A DNA stretch of 62,883 nt, counting the filler, from Hausera hauseri (taxonomy: Eukaryota), in assembly GCA_046269625.1 (NCBI GenBank). It is 11 parts of 11 records of this genome, joined end to end, with 100 filler letters (N's around TTAATTAATTAA, not from the genome) between each part and the next. Parts side by side here need not be neighbours in the genome. Positions count along the whole stretch, not along the records: positions 24,409 to 28,635 come from JBJURY010688438.1; positions 28,736 to 32,836 come from JBJURY010761762.1; positions 32,937 to 37,790 come from JBJURY010414033.1; positions 37,891 to 42,747 come from JBJURY010413700.1; 7 more parts are not named here. The stretch is one strand, 5' to 3'. Position 1 is the first letter of the stretch. The number at the start of each line of letters is the position of its first letter. The notes under the pieces are model-generated. The model did no database searches. It was not told where the DNA came from and was given only the letters and a program-made list of their open reading frames with translations. The translations under genes were made by a program, and so were the position numbers. This document shows, piece by piece, positions 24,647-38,292 of the stretch.

Positions 24647-25115
24647 TGTGCAACTTCTACAATTTTGTATGGCGCAGAAACATGATGAACAGAATTGCCA
24701 CAGTGTAATGCAGAATTATTTTGGATACCAACACAACAGGACTCAATACTATATATGTCCTGAATGTGAGGTAGTTTGTCGGATCGGTTACGAGGAATTT
24801 TACAACCATTATAAACATTATCTGGATTCATTCACAAAATCGAAGAAAGAAATATTCAACAGTAATATTCCAATGACAGCATGTGTCTCAAAACCAAAAC
24901 AGATGTGCGGTTCCTATGCTTACTGCACATCGAAAGCACATAGTCCGCAACAGTGTCATGAAACGATGCAGCGGTATTATGGACACAAATGCATTACTGA
25001 TCCAATATTTTACGTGTCCGGGATACAAGACTGTATGCGGTTCAGATTACATACAATTCTATTATGATCACAAACATCATTGGAGTTACTTCGCAGCAAA
25101 ATCAAAGAAGGCCAT
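24647..25115 (+). pseudogene. two tandem copies of the same Cys/His-rich domain 5' of pPolB
   Basis: FCMAQKH..CHSVMQNYFG..YICPEC..YEEFYNHYKHYL and CGSYAYCTSKAH..CHETMQRYYG-(fs)-FTCPG..YIQFYYDHKHHW. Confidence 0.75.
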
Positions 25116-25264
25116 TTACAATGAGCAACATAATATTGATGCATCTGCTTCGCAGTATTCTGCCTCGCATTATGCTGCTGGATCTAGTGCAACAGCTGCA
25201 AATCATATTAGAGAATTGAAACGGGCAGCCGCATCAGGCGCATCACGCCCATNNNNNNNNNNGC

Positions 25265-28200
25265 GGCAGCATTAAACAGAAAAGCCCGCAAATATTTCAT
25301 TGATGCAACAGGTCAAACAACCATCAAGGAGGTCCTGGAGACCACACAAAGGACAAGACAGAGGGGATTCTTCAGGACAACATGGCTGAGCTGAAAGCCA
25401 TTAAAGTTAATATGAAACTTGAGGCCCCATACATCAATGTTGATGGCGACGAATCCGAAACGGCCTTCAAGATTAAAAATAGGCCAATTTTTGAAGCCAC
25501 CAATAGAGCAGAATGGCTTCATGAAGAGCATGCAAAGCTGATCCGTGAGAACCGGAGTTAAAAGAGTGGATTGACTCCGGAAACTATAAGAGATTGCTTG
25601 TGTATGTGCACAAGTATTCTCCAATGCGTGGCACTTCATATATTTAGTTCCCTGATTGGATCGCTAATAAAAAAGCATGTGTCAATGTCCTTAATTATGA
25701 CAACAAGTGTTTCATGTATGCCATTTTATGTAAACTCGTATGAGACAAAAAAACATGCAGCAGATCGAGTTTGGTTATATAATGATGTGAAGTAAAACTA
25801 TGACTTCTAATGTATTAAGTTCCCTCCATCCTTAGATGAAGTCAAGAAGTTCAGCCGAATCAACAACATATCCATCAACATCATTGGATTGAATTAGGAG
25901 GACAAATTTTATCCCCTGCAAATGTATGATACTAAATTGGAAGATCATAGGGATTTGCTCCTACTAGACAATGGAGAAAAGAAACATTATGTTTGAATCA
26001 AGAACTTTGAGCGTCTAGTAAGATCTCAAATTACAAAACGTACAACAAGAATCGAAATATGCAAACGATGCTTTTCTAATTTCAGCGGCGATAAGGCCGT
26101 GGACAAGCTTGCAGAACACAAGATGTACTGAAACAACAATTATTGTATCATACCAGAATTTCACAAGGAGGACTATATTGAATTAGAGGAGTTCGAGAAG
26201 ATCAAGGTCCCAGTAGTTATTCATTGTGACTTTGAAGCTATTCTCCGGAAAATTCATAGCTGCACTCCTAGTCCTCAACATAGCAGCACAACGGCATACG
26301 AATATCATGAACGATCATTGTATTGTATGTATGGCAAAGGATTGGGCAGTGAACCATTTCTATTCAGGGGTCCGGATGCAGCAACACATTTCATGAAACG
26401 ACTTGAAGATATGGCTCATAAGATTGAAAACATGCTTCAGCAGCATAAGGATACAATGAGCATGTCGTGGAAACAAGCAGAAGAATGGCGCAAGGCAACA
26501 GCATGTTACTTGTGCGACAAGTCCTTTACCAAGGAAAATCATAAAGTCAAGAATCATTGCCATTTTACAGGTGCATATCGATGGGCAGCATGCAACAACT
26601 GCAATCTTCGCTGAAAAACATGTACATATGTGCCTGTAGTGTTTCACAACCTCAGTGGCTATGATTCCCACTTCATTGTTTGGAAACTGGGCAGCATTGA
26701 AGGAAACATTTATGCGATCCCCAACAGTGAGGAAAAATACATCACCTTTACCAAGCATGTGGGTAAAATCAGGCTTCGCTTCATAGGCAGCTTTTGTTTT
26801 ATGTTGTCTTCACTGGACAGTTTAGTGAAGAACCTCCCTGAAGAAAAACTCAAAGAGACGAAGCTGTTCTTTCCCACTGCATTTGATCTCGTCAAGAGGA
26901 AAGGCGTGTTTCCCTATGACTACATAACCTCATGGGAAACACTGGATGAGACGTCATTGCCGGCAAAGAAGGACTTTTACAATATCTTATCTGATTGCGA
27001 TATCAGTGATGCTGACTACCAGCATGTCCAGAACGTCTGGCATGCATTTCAATGCCGAACAATAGGAGAATACAGCGACATATACCACAAGACGGACGTG
27101 CTGCTTCTGACAGATGTCTTTGACAGCTTCAGGGATGTTACAATGAAGAGCCATGCATTGGATCCGGCTCATTTCTTTACAGCTCCAAGGATAAGCTGGG
27201 TAGCAATGGTGCGCTATACTGGTATTCGACTGCAGATCATTAGAGATTACGACATGATCCTTATGATCGAGAAAGGCATTAGAGGCGGAATATGCCAGGC
27301 CATTCACCGGTATAGCGAGGCCAATAACAAATATATGATCGAATACGACTCATTCAAGATATCCTCATATATCATACCTGGATGCCAACAACTTGTATGG
27401 ATGGGCCACAAGCATCCCATTGTCATACGATGACTTCAAATGGGTCGAGAATCCTGAAAACATCCCTATATTGGACCTGGATCTCACAGAAAATACGAGA
27501 TACATACTGAAGTTGCATATGGAATATCCGGCTTCCATCCGCGCAATGAATCTACAGCTGCCTTTCCTCCCTGAGTGCAGGCCTTTGCCCCATGGCAAGC
27601 TGAGAAAGCTGCTCTGTCATCCGGGTAATAGGGACAGGTATGAAGTCCACTACATCAATCGCCATCAGGCAGTTAGACATAAACTTCGTATTACCAAGAT
27701 CCATAGAGCTCTGCATTTCATCCAGTCCATGTGGCTGCAGCCTTACATAGATCTCAATACGAAGCTGCGGACAAATGCCAAGAATGACTTTGAGAAGGAC
27801 CAGTTCAAGCTTTACAACAACTCGGTCTTTGGCAAAACTATGGAGAATACCCGCAACAGGATCAACATCGAATTGGTCTCTGAGTGGAAGCAGGCAAAGA
27901 AGCTCATTGCCAAGCCCAACTTCCACAGCAGCACCATATATGCTGAGAACATGGTCAGCATCCATATGCTGAAAACAGCACTGGTATTCAACAAGCCAAT
28001 ATATATGGGTATGGCAATCCTCGACCTGTCAAAGATCCTAATGTTTCATTTCCAGTACGATATAATAGTCCCCAAGTTCAAGTAGATGCAGCTGATGTAC
28101 ATGGCTACTGACAGTTTCATCTATTAGATCCATACAGATGATATTTATGAGGACTTTGCCGAATTGGCCCAACATATGGATACCTCGGACTAGACGAGGT

Positions 28201-28512
28201 GAATGGAGCAATCATCTCGAGATTTGCAGCTCTCAGGTCCAAAATATATGCACTAGACATATGTGGTCAGATCAAAAATAGAGACAAGGGCGTTCAAAGG
28301 GCTACATTGGCCAAGAAAATTGGCTTCAATGACTATGTGAGAATTCTGCATGAGCAGACTCATATCATATCAGAGATTCGAAAGATCTAGTCTAGGGATC
28401 ATAACATCCATACAGTAACAATGCATAAGAAAAGCCTAGATTGGGTAGATGACAAGAGGCAGATCCTGAGCGATGTAATCTACACACTACCTCACGGATA
28501 TGTGGCATTGTA
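25265..28512 (+). pseudogene. polB: protein-primed family B DNA polymerase (Polinton/adintovirus type) with OTU-like and EndoVII/HNH-like domains, disrupted
   Basis: NVLNYDNKCFMYAIL, KHYV, CDFEAIL (ExoI), CYLC..HCHFTG..CNNCNL, FHNLSGYDSHF, RKGVFPYDY, GIRGG, DANNLYGWA, KLYNNSVFGKTMEN, KPIYMGMAILDLSK, YMATDSF, DDKR. Confidence 0.95.
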
Positions 28513-29099
28513 AATAGTGTTATTCATTGTTGTTCATTGTTTAATAAATGTTGTATAGAAATATCGTGTTGCCTTCTTGATCAAGTAATGTGGGATATAG
28601 GATAAGGTCAAGTAAAACTAAGTAATTGCTATATANNNNNNNNNNNNNNNNNNNNNNNNNNNNNNNNNNNNNNNNNNNNTTAATTAATTAANNNNNNNNN
28701 NNNNNNNNNNNNNNNNNNNNNNNNNNNNNNNNNNNGTACATTATATATAATCATTAACATAAATTCATCAGAAAATTTATTTTTTCATACGAATAATGAG
28801 AATATACTCAACACTTTTGTATAATACACTTTATAATCACGATTTTATTGTAGCAGCATTTAAATCATTACCATAAAAATGAAACTGATCAAACTGCTCT
28901 CGATAAATAGGAATTGAATTTAAAATGTGAATCAATTTGTAACAAAATTTTTCAAAGTTTCATTGACGATGTCAAAATAAATCGATCGGATCTTTACTAC
29001 GACAATTCCTTTCGCACGAAATCAATTGATTATGCATTTAGATACAGTAATGTTATGAATTAAATATTAAAATAGAGTGTATTGATATGAAGGATAATA

Positions 29100-30060
29100 A
29101 TCATCATTCTAGACAACTTTCTCCATATTATCATCATATACTTAATCCAATTCATGCTAAGTGTGATGTCAATTATGTTGTGAATAACTAAAGAGTTTGG
29201 TCATAGTCGCTTTACACGTAACGTTTCATATAATTCTCCAGTTGCTAAACTCTGATAAGATTGAAGAGAAGTACATCGAAAAAGTATCTTCAGACATGGT
29301 ATTCAAGCAGGATACCTATTAGAAAATTTAACCGAGACTTCTGAAAATGACCATCCATTAGTTAGTTAAATGAGGGAATTGCCATATGTGCTTAGATCAT
29401 CACCAAAATCTTGTAAGAATAAATTACTTTGGACATTTCCAATGTGTGAAATTAATAAAAAGGAATACATCGATTTCGAAAGGATGCATGATGAAGTACA
29501 AAATTATTTCAATTTGTCAGGGAACAAAAATTAACGACGAGAATTCTTAACTATTTCAGCTTAACAAAGCATATGGAATAGAATTATTGTTGGCGAGTTT
29601 ATGGTAGTGCTGATTTGGATTGGCGTGGTTCGTCTAACCATAAAATATTCAGAATTTGATTTTGCAATAAATGTTTTTGTGTATTATGTTTTCCTGTGAA
29701 TGTTTGGTCATTGACTGGTTTCTGTAAATATTAAACATTGTTAGTCAGATTAATTGCACCATAGATACAAATTATATTTCTAAAAACAATCTAGTATCTT
29801 GTTTCAATTCACATTGATTCTTTCGTATTTATACTAATGTAAAAAACTTTGTAAACATGATAGTTCATGATAGTCATCGCACCAAATCCAAGTAGAACTG
29901 CCTTTTTTCAGAAATACTTTTACATGCTTCATTAATCATAATGCATCGACATATGAATTCTGCATTTTGATGAGATGTATATGGTATATTTGATATTGGT
30001 AAAAATCTCTCCTCAAACGTAAAAATGTCTCCTCTTTGGGAAACTGGAAGCAACTCATCC
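29100..30060 (-). mobile_element. heavily decayed PIF/Harbinger-like transposase
   Basis: CIYGAIN (GAIDG-like), GD..AY and HN-like remnants in the expected order, with many stops. Confidence 0.35.
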
Positions 30061-30200
30061 TAATCAACATCATCCTCATCGAACAGATGACCAACATCTT
30101 ATGGTGGTAATATAATAACACTTCTAATATTAGATCTGCTGCTTATCAATTCATTGGCAGCTTCTTTACAAGTTCTAAATAAATGCCTTTCCGCCTAAAT

Positions 30201-31200
30201 TATATCGGTCGTCCCATAAGTTTACGTAATAAAGTTAAATAACACAGTATTAAAGATAGTCACCTCGTTTATTTATCATCGCTTGGCTATCATCCTTCAA
30301 TGATTGTAACTGCCTTTGAAACCCTTCGCCGTAACGCATCCGAAGGTGACTTGTTAGAAACTTCTAAAATGTTTCCATGGAATTAAAACCAATGCCAAAT
30401 CCAGCAACTTCGAAGTCGAAAAATATAAATAGGTCGCGGAGATTAAAATCTGGAGATAGAGGGGGTTGCTTGACAATTGTTACTCCTCTATTTTCCAGAA
30501 ATTTGTTGAGTCACTGACTAAGATAAGCACGAGCATTGTCGTGCATGAGAATCTTCCTGTTCCATGTCAGTGAATTTTGATGCCGGGTGAAATTGTGAGC
30601 AATGTTTTGCAGAAAGTGTTTGTATTGGTCTTTTGCTTACCTTGAACCTTGCGCTACACTTTGGGTTTCTTTTTCTTAGGGAACATCCAAGCAGAATTTG
30701 ACTTTTTGATGCCCACCAATCTTAGAAAAACAAACTTTTCATGTTACCATCAAAGGGTCTTTAATTCCTATTTATCTAAATACGTGCAGCAAATTAGTGA
30801 CACACTCAATTCTTTCTTTTTTGTGGTGCTGTGTCAAAGTGTACGGCATCCAACGAGCAATCATCCATCTGAACTCCAGCTTTTCATTCAGGATTCTGAT
30901 CACGGTTGTTTTGTAGCACAGTCATAATCTTTTCTGCATTCTCATCTGAACAACTCAAAATTGGCCTTCCTGATCGATCAGAATCCTCAAAACTTTGGCG
31001 TTGACCACTTCCACTTCACGATAGAGCTGATACACCGTTGATAGAGCGACTGTGTCCTAACCCCATTCTCGATTGATAAAATCTCTGGCTTGTTGCGCCT
31101 TCATTTCCTTCCTACGACATGATTCTACCAACAAACGAACACCTTGACTATCAACTTGTAAAATCTTTAAAACTCTGACCAGCAGTAAGGTGCGTCAGAA
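30201..31200 (-). mobile_element. Tc1/mariner transposon remnant
   Basis: ARWMPYTL (WVPHEL-like, ~30835-30860), MHDNA (~30533-30547), QPPLSPDFN (YSPDL-like); TIR-like end at ~30201. Confidence 0.8.
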
Positions 31201-31589
31201 TGACACATTTTTGAATGAATGAAATCTTCCGAATTTAGTGTAAATACAAGATCGTGATAATTAAGTAAAATTTCATTTTACCGAAAATACATTTCCATAA
31301 TTTGTTACAGCACCTTTCAGTAATGACGATAATGAAATTATATGTTTTCTACTAAATGTTCTGAACTGGAGGTAATAAATGATTTACAAATTCAGCATTT
31401 TACTACAATTACTTATTCTGAATACACTGGTGATAACAAAACGGGCCAAAGTCTTAAAATATTGTAGAAAATAGGCAAAATAATTTTTACAAGGAACTTT
31501 TTTTCCAATCAGCCATTTTCATGAATTTTCAACACAATGAAATTTGACAAATTTTCAATATTTCAAAAATACTTAATGTTGAAAAATTT

Positions 31590-32400
31590 TTGATGGACAG
31601 CAAAAATAATTCCATTTCATTGTGGTCTCAAATTCTCACCTATACAAACTTTGCATTGATTGTATTTGTACCATTTATATACGTGAATAATTTGCTGATC
31701 ATTATGGCAATGATGAAATACAAACACGAGATCAAATTCAAATTTATTGATTGCAGTTTTGGTTTTCACAGTTTTGCTTTGTGGAGCTGTAACTTTACTG
31801 TCGTATGCTTATTTATATAGTTCGTATTTTTCTATCAGTATTTATGATACAAAGCACATTATTTACTCAGAAATGGCACCAGATATATTCATGTGAATTC
31901 AGTACTTTATTATTTTGTTAATGACCGTAGAAAGATACATCGTTATTGTTGTTGCATTTAAAGCCAAACAACTTGTTACGAAGAAATCAATACTGATATA
32001 CATATTCATAATAGCATTGATTAATGTCAGTTTAAATCTATTGGGGCTGTTTGATTATCATCCTGATACTTTGACTTACACCATTTTTAATTTCATTTCG
32101 AATGTAGTTTTAGATGTACCATTAATTCTTACAATTGCTTTATGTACAATTGTTATCTGGAAATTGAAGCAGTATCAAAATGAAAGTCTAAGACTACAGA
32201 ATCAGAACAGTAATTCCAAAGTGAGATTGAGTAAAGCTGATCAAAGAATGACTATTTCTGTGTGTATTGTTAATGGAACGATGTTACTTGGCTACACTTG
32301 TCTAATAATATAGTGGCAGTTGATCATCATGCTAAACATGTAGATCCATTTGTACTGGATGGCCTATTTACGCTGTCGTCAATTGTAAAGGTAGGTTTAT
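31590..32400 (+). pseudogene. rhodopsin-family GPCR-like gene, intronless and disrupted
   Basis: Hydrophobic segments; TM1 ending ..NNLLII; LMTVERYIVI (E/DRY motif); TM5 ..VPLILTI..IWKL. Confidence 0.65.
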
Positions 32401-32936
32401 ATTTCTGTAAAATAATATACGGAATATTTGAGTAAAAAATAGTCTGAACATCTATTTGTCGAATGTATCAACCAAAAATGTGATAACCAGAATTAACTGT
32501 GCACAAGAATGTGCTAACTAGAATTAATTGTGCAGACGAAAATTAACATTGACTGATTTGATTTGTCTTGTAATTTTATCAACATTAGACAAAATTTAAT
32601 CATGTTTAGTCTAACTGTGTGTACAATTTCAATTCTCACTTCATCATTTCTTAATTTTATTCTTGATTTTCTGTAAATAATGAAATTTTATTTGGATTTT
32701 CTTTCGGAAATTATATACCTCAAAAAAAGTATAAATATGGAATCTATTGAGACATAACTACAATAATTCTGTCATCATGCAAATGTACCGTTCATGTGAG
32801 TGTTATATTCTTTGTTTTTGTTATAACTTTTTATTANNNNNNNNNNNNNNNNNNNNNNNNNNNNNNNNNNNNNNNNNNNNTTAATTAATTAANNNNNNNN
32901 NNNNNNNNNNNNNNNNNNNNNNNNNNNNNNNNNNNN

Positions 32937-35900
32937 AGTTGGATGACAAAACATGTATTAAAATGCCAAAAATGGAAACAGTATCAAAACCAGAAATATT
33001 AAGTTTGATTAACTTACAAAGGAACCAAAAGTTCGAGGCCGTTAATGGAATATCACAAGGGGAAATCTATACGCAACAAAACTTAGAAGATTACAGACGA
33101 ATGTTCTTATTTCCTCAACAGAGACAACGAGTAATAACGGAATAAACCAAGAGAGTAATGTGGGACGGAGAAAGGTAACTATAGTGGGAAAATTTAATGG
33201 GAAGAGATTATTTGAAAAAAGTAACAATTGTTTTAGAAAATATGTGGAGAAAGTTTCTATATTTCAGAAAAGCAGCTTCCGGTTTCTTAGCGATATACTT
33301 TATTATTAGTGTCTTGCGGACAGTATTTACGGCGCTTGGTAAAGAATATGGAATACATACATTAGTAGGTTGCTCATGAAAGATTCTCATAACAAGGATA
33401 CCTCCAGTAGCAAGTTATTTCTTAGCAAACCACAACGCGCAATGGAAAAGGAAGGTATACCAGAAAAAGGAAGAGACTTGCCATATATTACGTTAAATTA
33501 CAAAAACAACGATTATGACAATCTAAGTACGAAATCGAAAAAGGACAAACATATATCTAGAATTAAGCAATTAGCACTGAAAGTGCGAAAGCAGAAATAC
33601 TGGCAAAGATCGGTAATTAAGTGACCTCAACTAAACCCAACAGAGGAATACCACGAACAGGTTTATAACGAACAAGTGCCGGTGAACCCATCAGCTCCTC
33701 GATATATGATATCCGCAGGACTGTACCTCACATATCAAATACAATGGATGAAACAGATTTTTGATGAAAATGTCACACCTTACAAGCATGAACCTACGTA
33801 TAAAACAAACGATAAGAATGAACTGCAGCCACCCATAAGACCGGAGGTAGAAATAGAAGTAAATGGATATCCGTTGACGGCTCTAATAGATACCGGATCT
33901 ACAACCACAATAAAGGGGAAAAGCCAATTACCGAAAGAACTAAAAAGTAAATTAAGGAAACCGACAACAACGTTAGTCAATATCGGAGCATTTGGCACAG
34001 AAGAAATCAAGATGGTTTTGGACACCGAAATTAAAATTTGTAAACAGACCTTAAAACACACTATAAAAATAGTGGAGAAATTGATCAGTGAAATCTTGAT
34101 TGGATGCGATAAATTGAATCAACTAGAAAATGCTTACATCTATGTGAGAATAGGCCAGCTCAAGATATTTGGTAAGGACCAGAATGAAGGAACAGTCTCA
34201 TTAGTAAGACAAACAGTAATCCCACCACGCTCTGAGATAGTGGTGACCGGCAAAACAGAAAGTAAATTACTAACTGAGGCTATACACTTCGAACCATTCA
34301 CACAAATTATAGAGAAATATGAAGTTCTGGTAGCCCCACACTCAGATATAGTAAGGGACGGAAAAATTCACCTAAGAATGTGTAACATGGAAACAAAGAA
34401 AAACGATTACGAAAATATACTAGATTAGGAAAGGTAACGGCGATCGAATAAGTATTAAAGGAAGAAGTTAACTCGTTAATTTCAGATGTAGATAGAATAT
34501 AAAAAATAATGACAGAAAACTTAAGGAAAGAAATAGAGATAAAGGAGAAAAGAAAGCCACCAATATTAATTGGGAAGAGAAGTTACAGACATGCGAGGTT
34601 CTGACTAAAACGAGAAGAGGATGTTAATCCAACTATTACAGAAAAATAACAATCGATTTGCGCAGAACGATTATGATTTAGGAACCATTTATCTTGGCAA
34701 CCGATGCAGGTGATTTCGGAGTCGGAGCGGTCCGGTCACAAAAGGGCGAGGATAGAAAGAAACATCCAGTGGCCTACGCCTCTAGAACACTCTAAACACC
34801 AAAGGAAATATTTAGTAATTGAAAAAGAGTTGTTAGGAGTAATATTCGCCTTGGAGTTACTTTCGCCCTATATTAGTGAAAATAAATCTCTTCTGATCTA
34901 TACAGATCATCGACCGCTACAATGGCTAAAACAACACGAAAATCCAAATGGTAGATTATTACGATGGGCTTTATAGTTACAACCTTACACGTTAAATGTT
35001 CAATATAAACCTGGAACGCGAAACTCAAACGCGGACTACTTGTCAAGAATGCCCGATAAACAAGAAACAGAAAAAGCAGTAGTTGTAGCAGTATGGAACA
35101 TGGACGGATCTGTGGGAAAAATTAAGGCAAATCAGGATGATGGCTTTGAAATAAGAGCCATTAGGAATTACATACAGGATAAAACGATATCAGGTAATAA
35201 AGAACTAGCTCGTCATCTGGCCCGATTAAGTGAAGTCTACCAAGGAAAAGAAGGATTCCTACATTTTATCCACCAAAATGGACCAGCCCTAGTAATTTCA
35301 AAGAAGAACACAGTAGTTCTGCTAACCCAATACCATGACGGATTACTTGGTAAACACCAATCAATAAGGAAGACGCTGAATAAATTGAAACGAATATATT
35401 TTTCGTCAACTATGACGAAGGACGTCCAAGAATGGTGCGATAGCTGCAAACTATGCTCCACCCGAAAGAACACGGAATCAAAATTTAAAGCTCCTCTCAA
35501 AGTATGGGATAACCCTTCCCCTCCCCCGCACCAGTCGAGTTCACCTTCATGGACATAACAGGGCCATTACCGCTAACAAGGAACGGAAATAAATACATTT
35601 TAGACTTCATCGACTATTTAACTCGTTGAGTTGTCGCTTTGCCAATGGCCGACATGAAAGCAGAAACAATTTCCAATAAATTTGTAGAAAACATTGTGTT
35701 CAACTATAGAGTTCCTCGAATTCTCTTAACTGATCAAGCATCTAATTTACCTGGAAACGTAATGCAGGCCATATACGATATAATGAGAATACTAAAACTA
35801 CGGTCAACACCGGGACACCCGGAGAACAACGGAATGGTTGAAAGATACATTGAGGATACTAGACATAGTGTTATATTGAATACTAAACAAGACGACTGGG

Positions 35901-37790
35901 ATGAATACATCAATGCATGTGTTTTTGTAAACCGAACGTCGGTCCATGAGGCTACAAAAGAGAAACCCTTTTATCCGATGTATTTAAGAGACTCAAGATT
36001 GCCGACCGACTTAGATTTCGATGTAAAACCTACTTTACATTTGATGGAAGTAGAGGTATACAAGCAATTAATGCAATAACGTCTCCAACTAGCATACAAG
36101 ATAATTGGAGATAATCAGAAAGATTATAAGTCGAAATATAAGAAGTATTACGACGAGAAGACTAAACAACCAAAAATGAAAATAGGAGACAATATGATGT
36201 TATATTCGCCACTGAAGAAGAAGGGTAAGACATCTAAACTAGATAGACCATATAAAAGACCATACGAAGTAGGAAAGGTGGATTTACCTAATATCTGCTT
36301 AAAGAAAAATAACGTCCCTCTCAAAATCTACGTCAACATGTGTAAACCATCAGCCAAAGAAAGTGAATTGACAAGAGAAGAACAAGATGTAGTACGAACC
36401 ATTAATGAGAAAGTAGTCGAAGTAAACCCTACACATAAATTCTATCAGACAAAGAAATATCAGATAAAGAAATATCTAATGTTGATGGTCCTCATATTAA
36501 TGCCCGGAGTTCTAAGCCAGATGATACAACAGGAAATTGAGCAAGCCAAAATACGACACACAACGCCTATAAGAGATGATATTCTAGTGAACAGTTTACA
36601 AAATAACGTACTCAAGGAAAGGCCAAAAATGCGTAATTTGGAATACCTCAAGACAACTGACTACGAAGTATATGATAGGAATACAAGTAATACCCTGGGA
36701 TGACGACAAAAGAAATGATAATAGACGACAATATGACTGCTTATTCCACCCATGGGTTACCGAAGTACAATGTGCGGTGTAAAACGCAAATATTCATTGT
36801 GTTTACCTAACGTTTATTAAGAAAAAGGGAGATTACTATAGAAGTCAATACACTAAATTTTATCGATTTATAAGAATCCCTACGAGGCATGAAATGAATG
36901 AGACATTATTAGATGAAATAATAATTACTCAGTTACTAGCAAGATCGATTGGATTTAAAAGTGGAAGAAGTTGCATCGAAATTGCAACGATAATAGAATT
37001 GGAATATATTCGACGGATAACCATAACTATAAAAGAAATACCAACTCAGACAATAACAAAATGTAGAATCACTGGCGAAGAACCGCGAGTCTGTTGTAAC
37101 GTGACAGGAGGAAGGATATACAACGCTGACTATACGCTGTCTCGAGAAGAATATGGTAAACTCCTAAATAGCTTGAAACGAAAAGGACCAACAATGTACT
37201 TGCGACATCATAATCATAAATAATATGATGAGAAACAAGATAGCGTCACGACGCCGGCAGTGCATTCCCCGCTGACAAAGGCAATTAATGAAAAAGAGAT
37301 GATTACTTTAATTAAACCCTATGCATCGTATTATTGCCAAAAACTCTCTATATTGGAAAACAACAATTATAGTTTTCCCAACTGCGCTCATAATATCTAT
37401 AAAACCGGATCTAGATTTCGCCAAAGTTGAGTTTACCTGTAAGATACGAGATGCGGTAGTTGCAAAAGGAGTTATAACTCCTGATGATCTAGTTGTGCCA
37501 TGTGCGGCACTAACTCTAATACAAGGTACACAATCATTCTTCAGTTGTTTGATGATTGTAATAAAATAATCTCTATCAAATTGATATCAGCGCTCACAAA
37601 AAGGGAAATGGACGTAAGGTTACCACATGAGATGGCTAATATAAGCAATAAAATAATCATAAGACCCGCACGTACGATATATAAACACTCTCGTATGGAG
37701 ATAATATTAATAAGCTCGATAGTACCTCTGGTATTCATACTAGCATTGGCAATAGCAATAAAGATAATAATAACGCCATGTAAAAGTAGA
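32937..37790 (+). mobile_element. Ty3/Gypsy element with env-like ORF; RT deleted; decayed
   Basis: PR ALIDTGS and ILIG; RH ATDAGDFGVGAV, EKELL, TDHRPL; IN H..H..CxxC, DITGP, TDQ, NGMVER, GPY/F-like; no RT motifs. Confidence 0.88.
36470..37790 (+). pseudogene. env: env-like type I membrane protein
   Basis: Signal-like YLMLMVLILMPGVLS; Cys-containing ectodomain pieces; C-terminal TM IILISSIVPLVFILALAIAIKIII; lies downstream of IN. Confidence 0.6.
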
Positions 37791-38176
37791 NNNNNNNNNN
37801 NNNNNNNNNNNNNNNNNNNNNNNNNNNNNNNNNNTTAATTAATTAANNNNNNNNNNNNNNNNNNNNNNNNNNNNNNNNNNNNNNNNNNNNTCTTCACCTC
37901 TTTACCACACTCTCTGTTTTCCATTGGACTCTAAGTTATTGAACTCCAGCACCTTTGTGACCTCTGCTCTTTGTATCCTCACTTTTCCACCTGCTTCCAA
38001 TGTTTTCTTCTTTATGGTACGTACATATGGGGGTGTCGTTTGTCAAGTTACACAGTCAAAAATTATCAGCAATATTTTGATTTATTTAAACTTTAATAAG
38101 AAAAAAACAGGGGTTTGTTTTTCAAAGGGAGTTTTTCCCCATGTGATTCATACATTTAAAAATGTCATAGTTTATA

Positions 38177-38292
38177 AACTAAATATTTAACTTTCAACTT
38201 AAATATTTAGTTAAAAAGCTAAATATTTGACTTGCAACTTAAATATTTAGTTAGCAATCTGAATATTTAACTTGCAACTTAAATATTTAGCT
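38177..38292. repeat. ~41-bp tandem repeat (3 copies) with internal palindromes
   Basis: aactaaatatttaact..caacttaaatatttagtt units. Confidence 0.8.

Noticed and set aside
25670-26030. Functional link between the Polinton OTU-like protease and the Gypsy UBL
   Set aside because: They lie on unlinked contigs, possibly from different organisms; co-occurrence here is not evidence.
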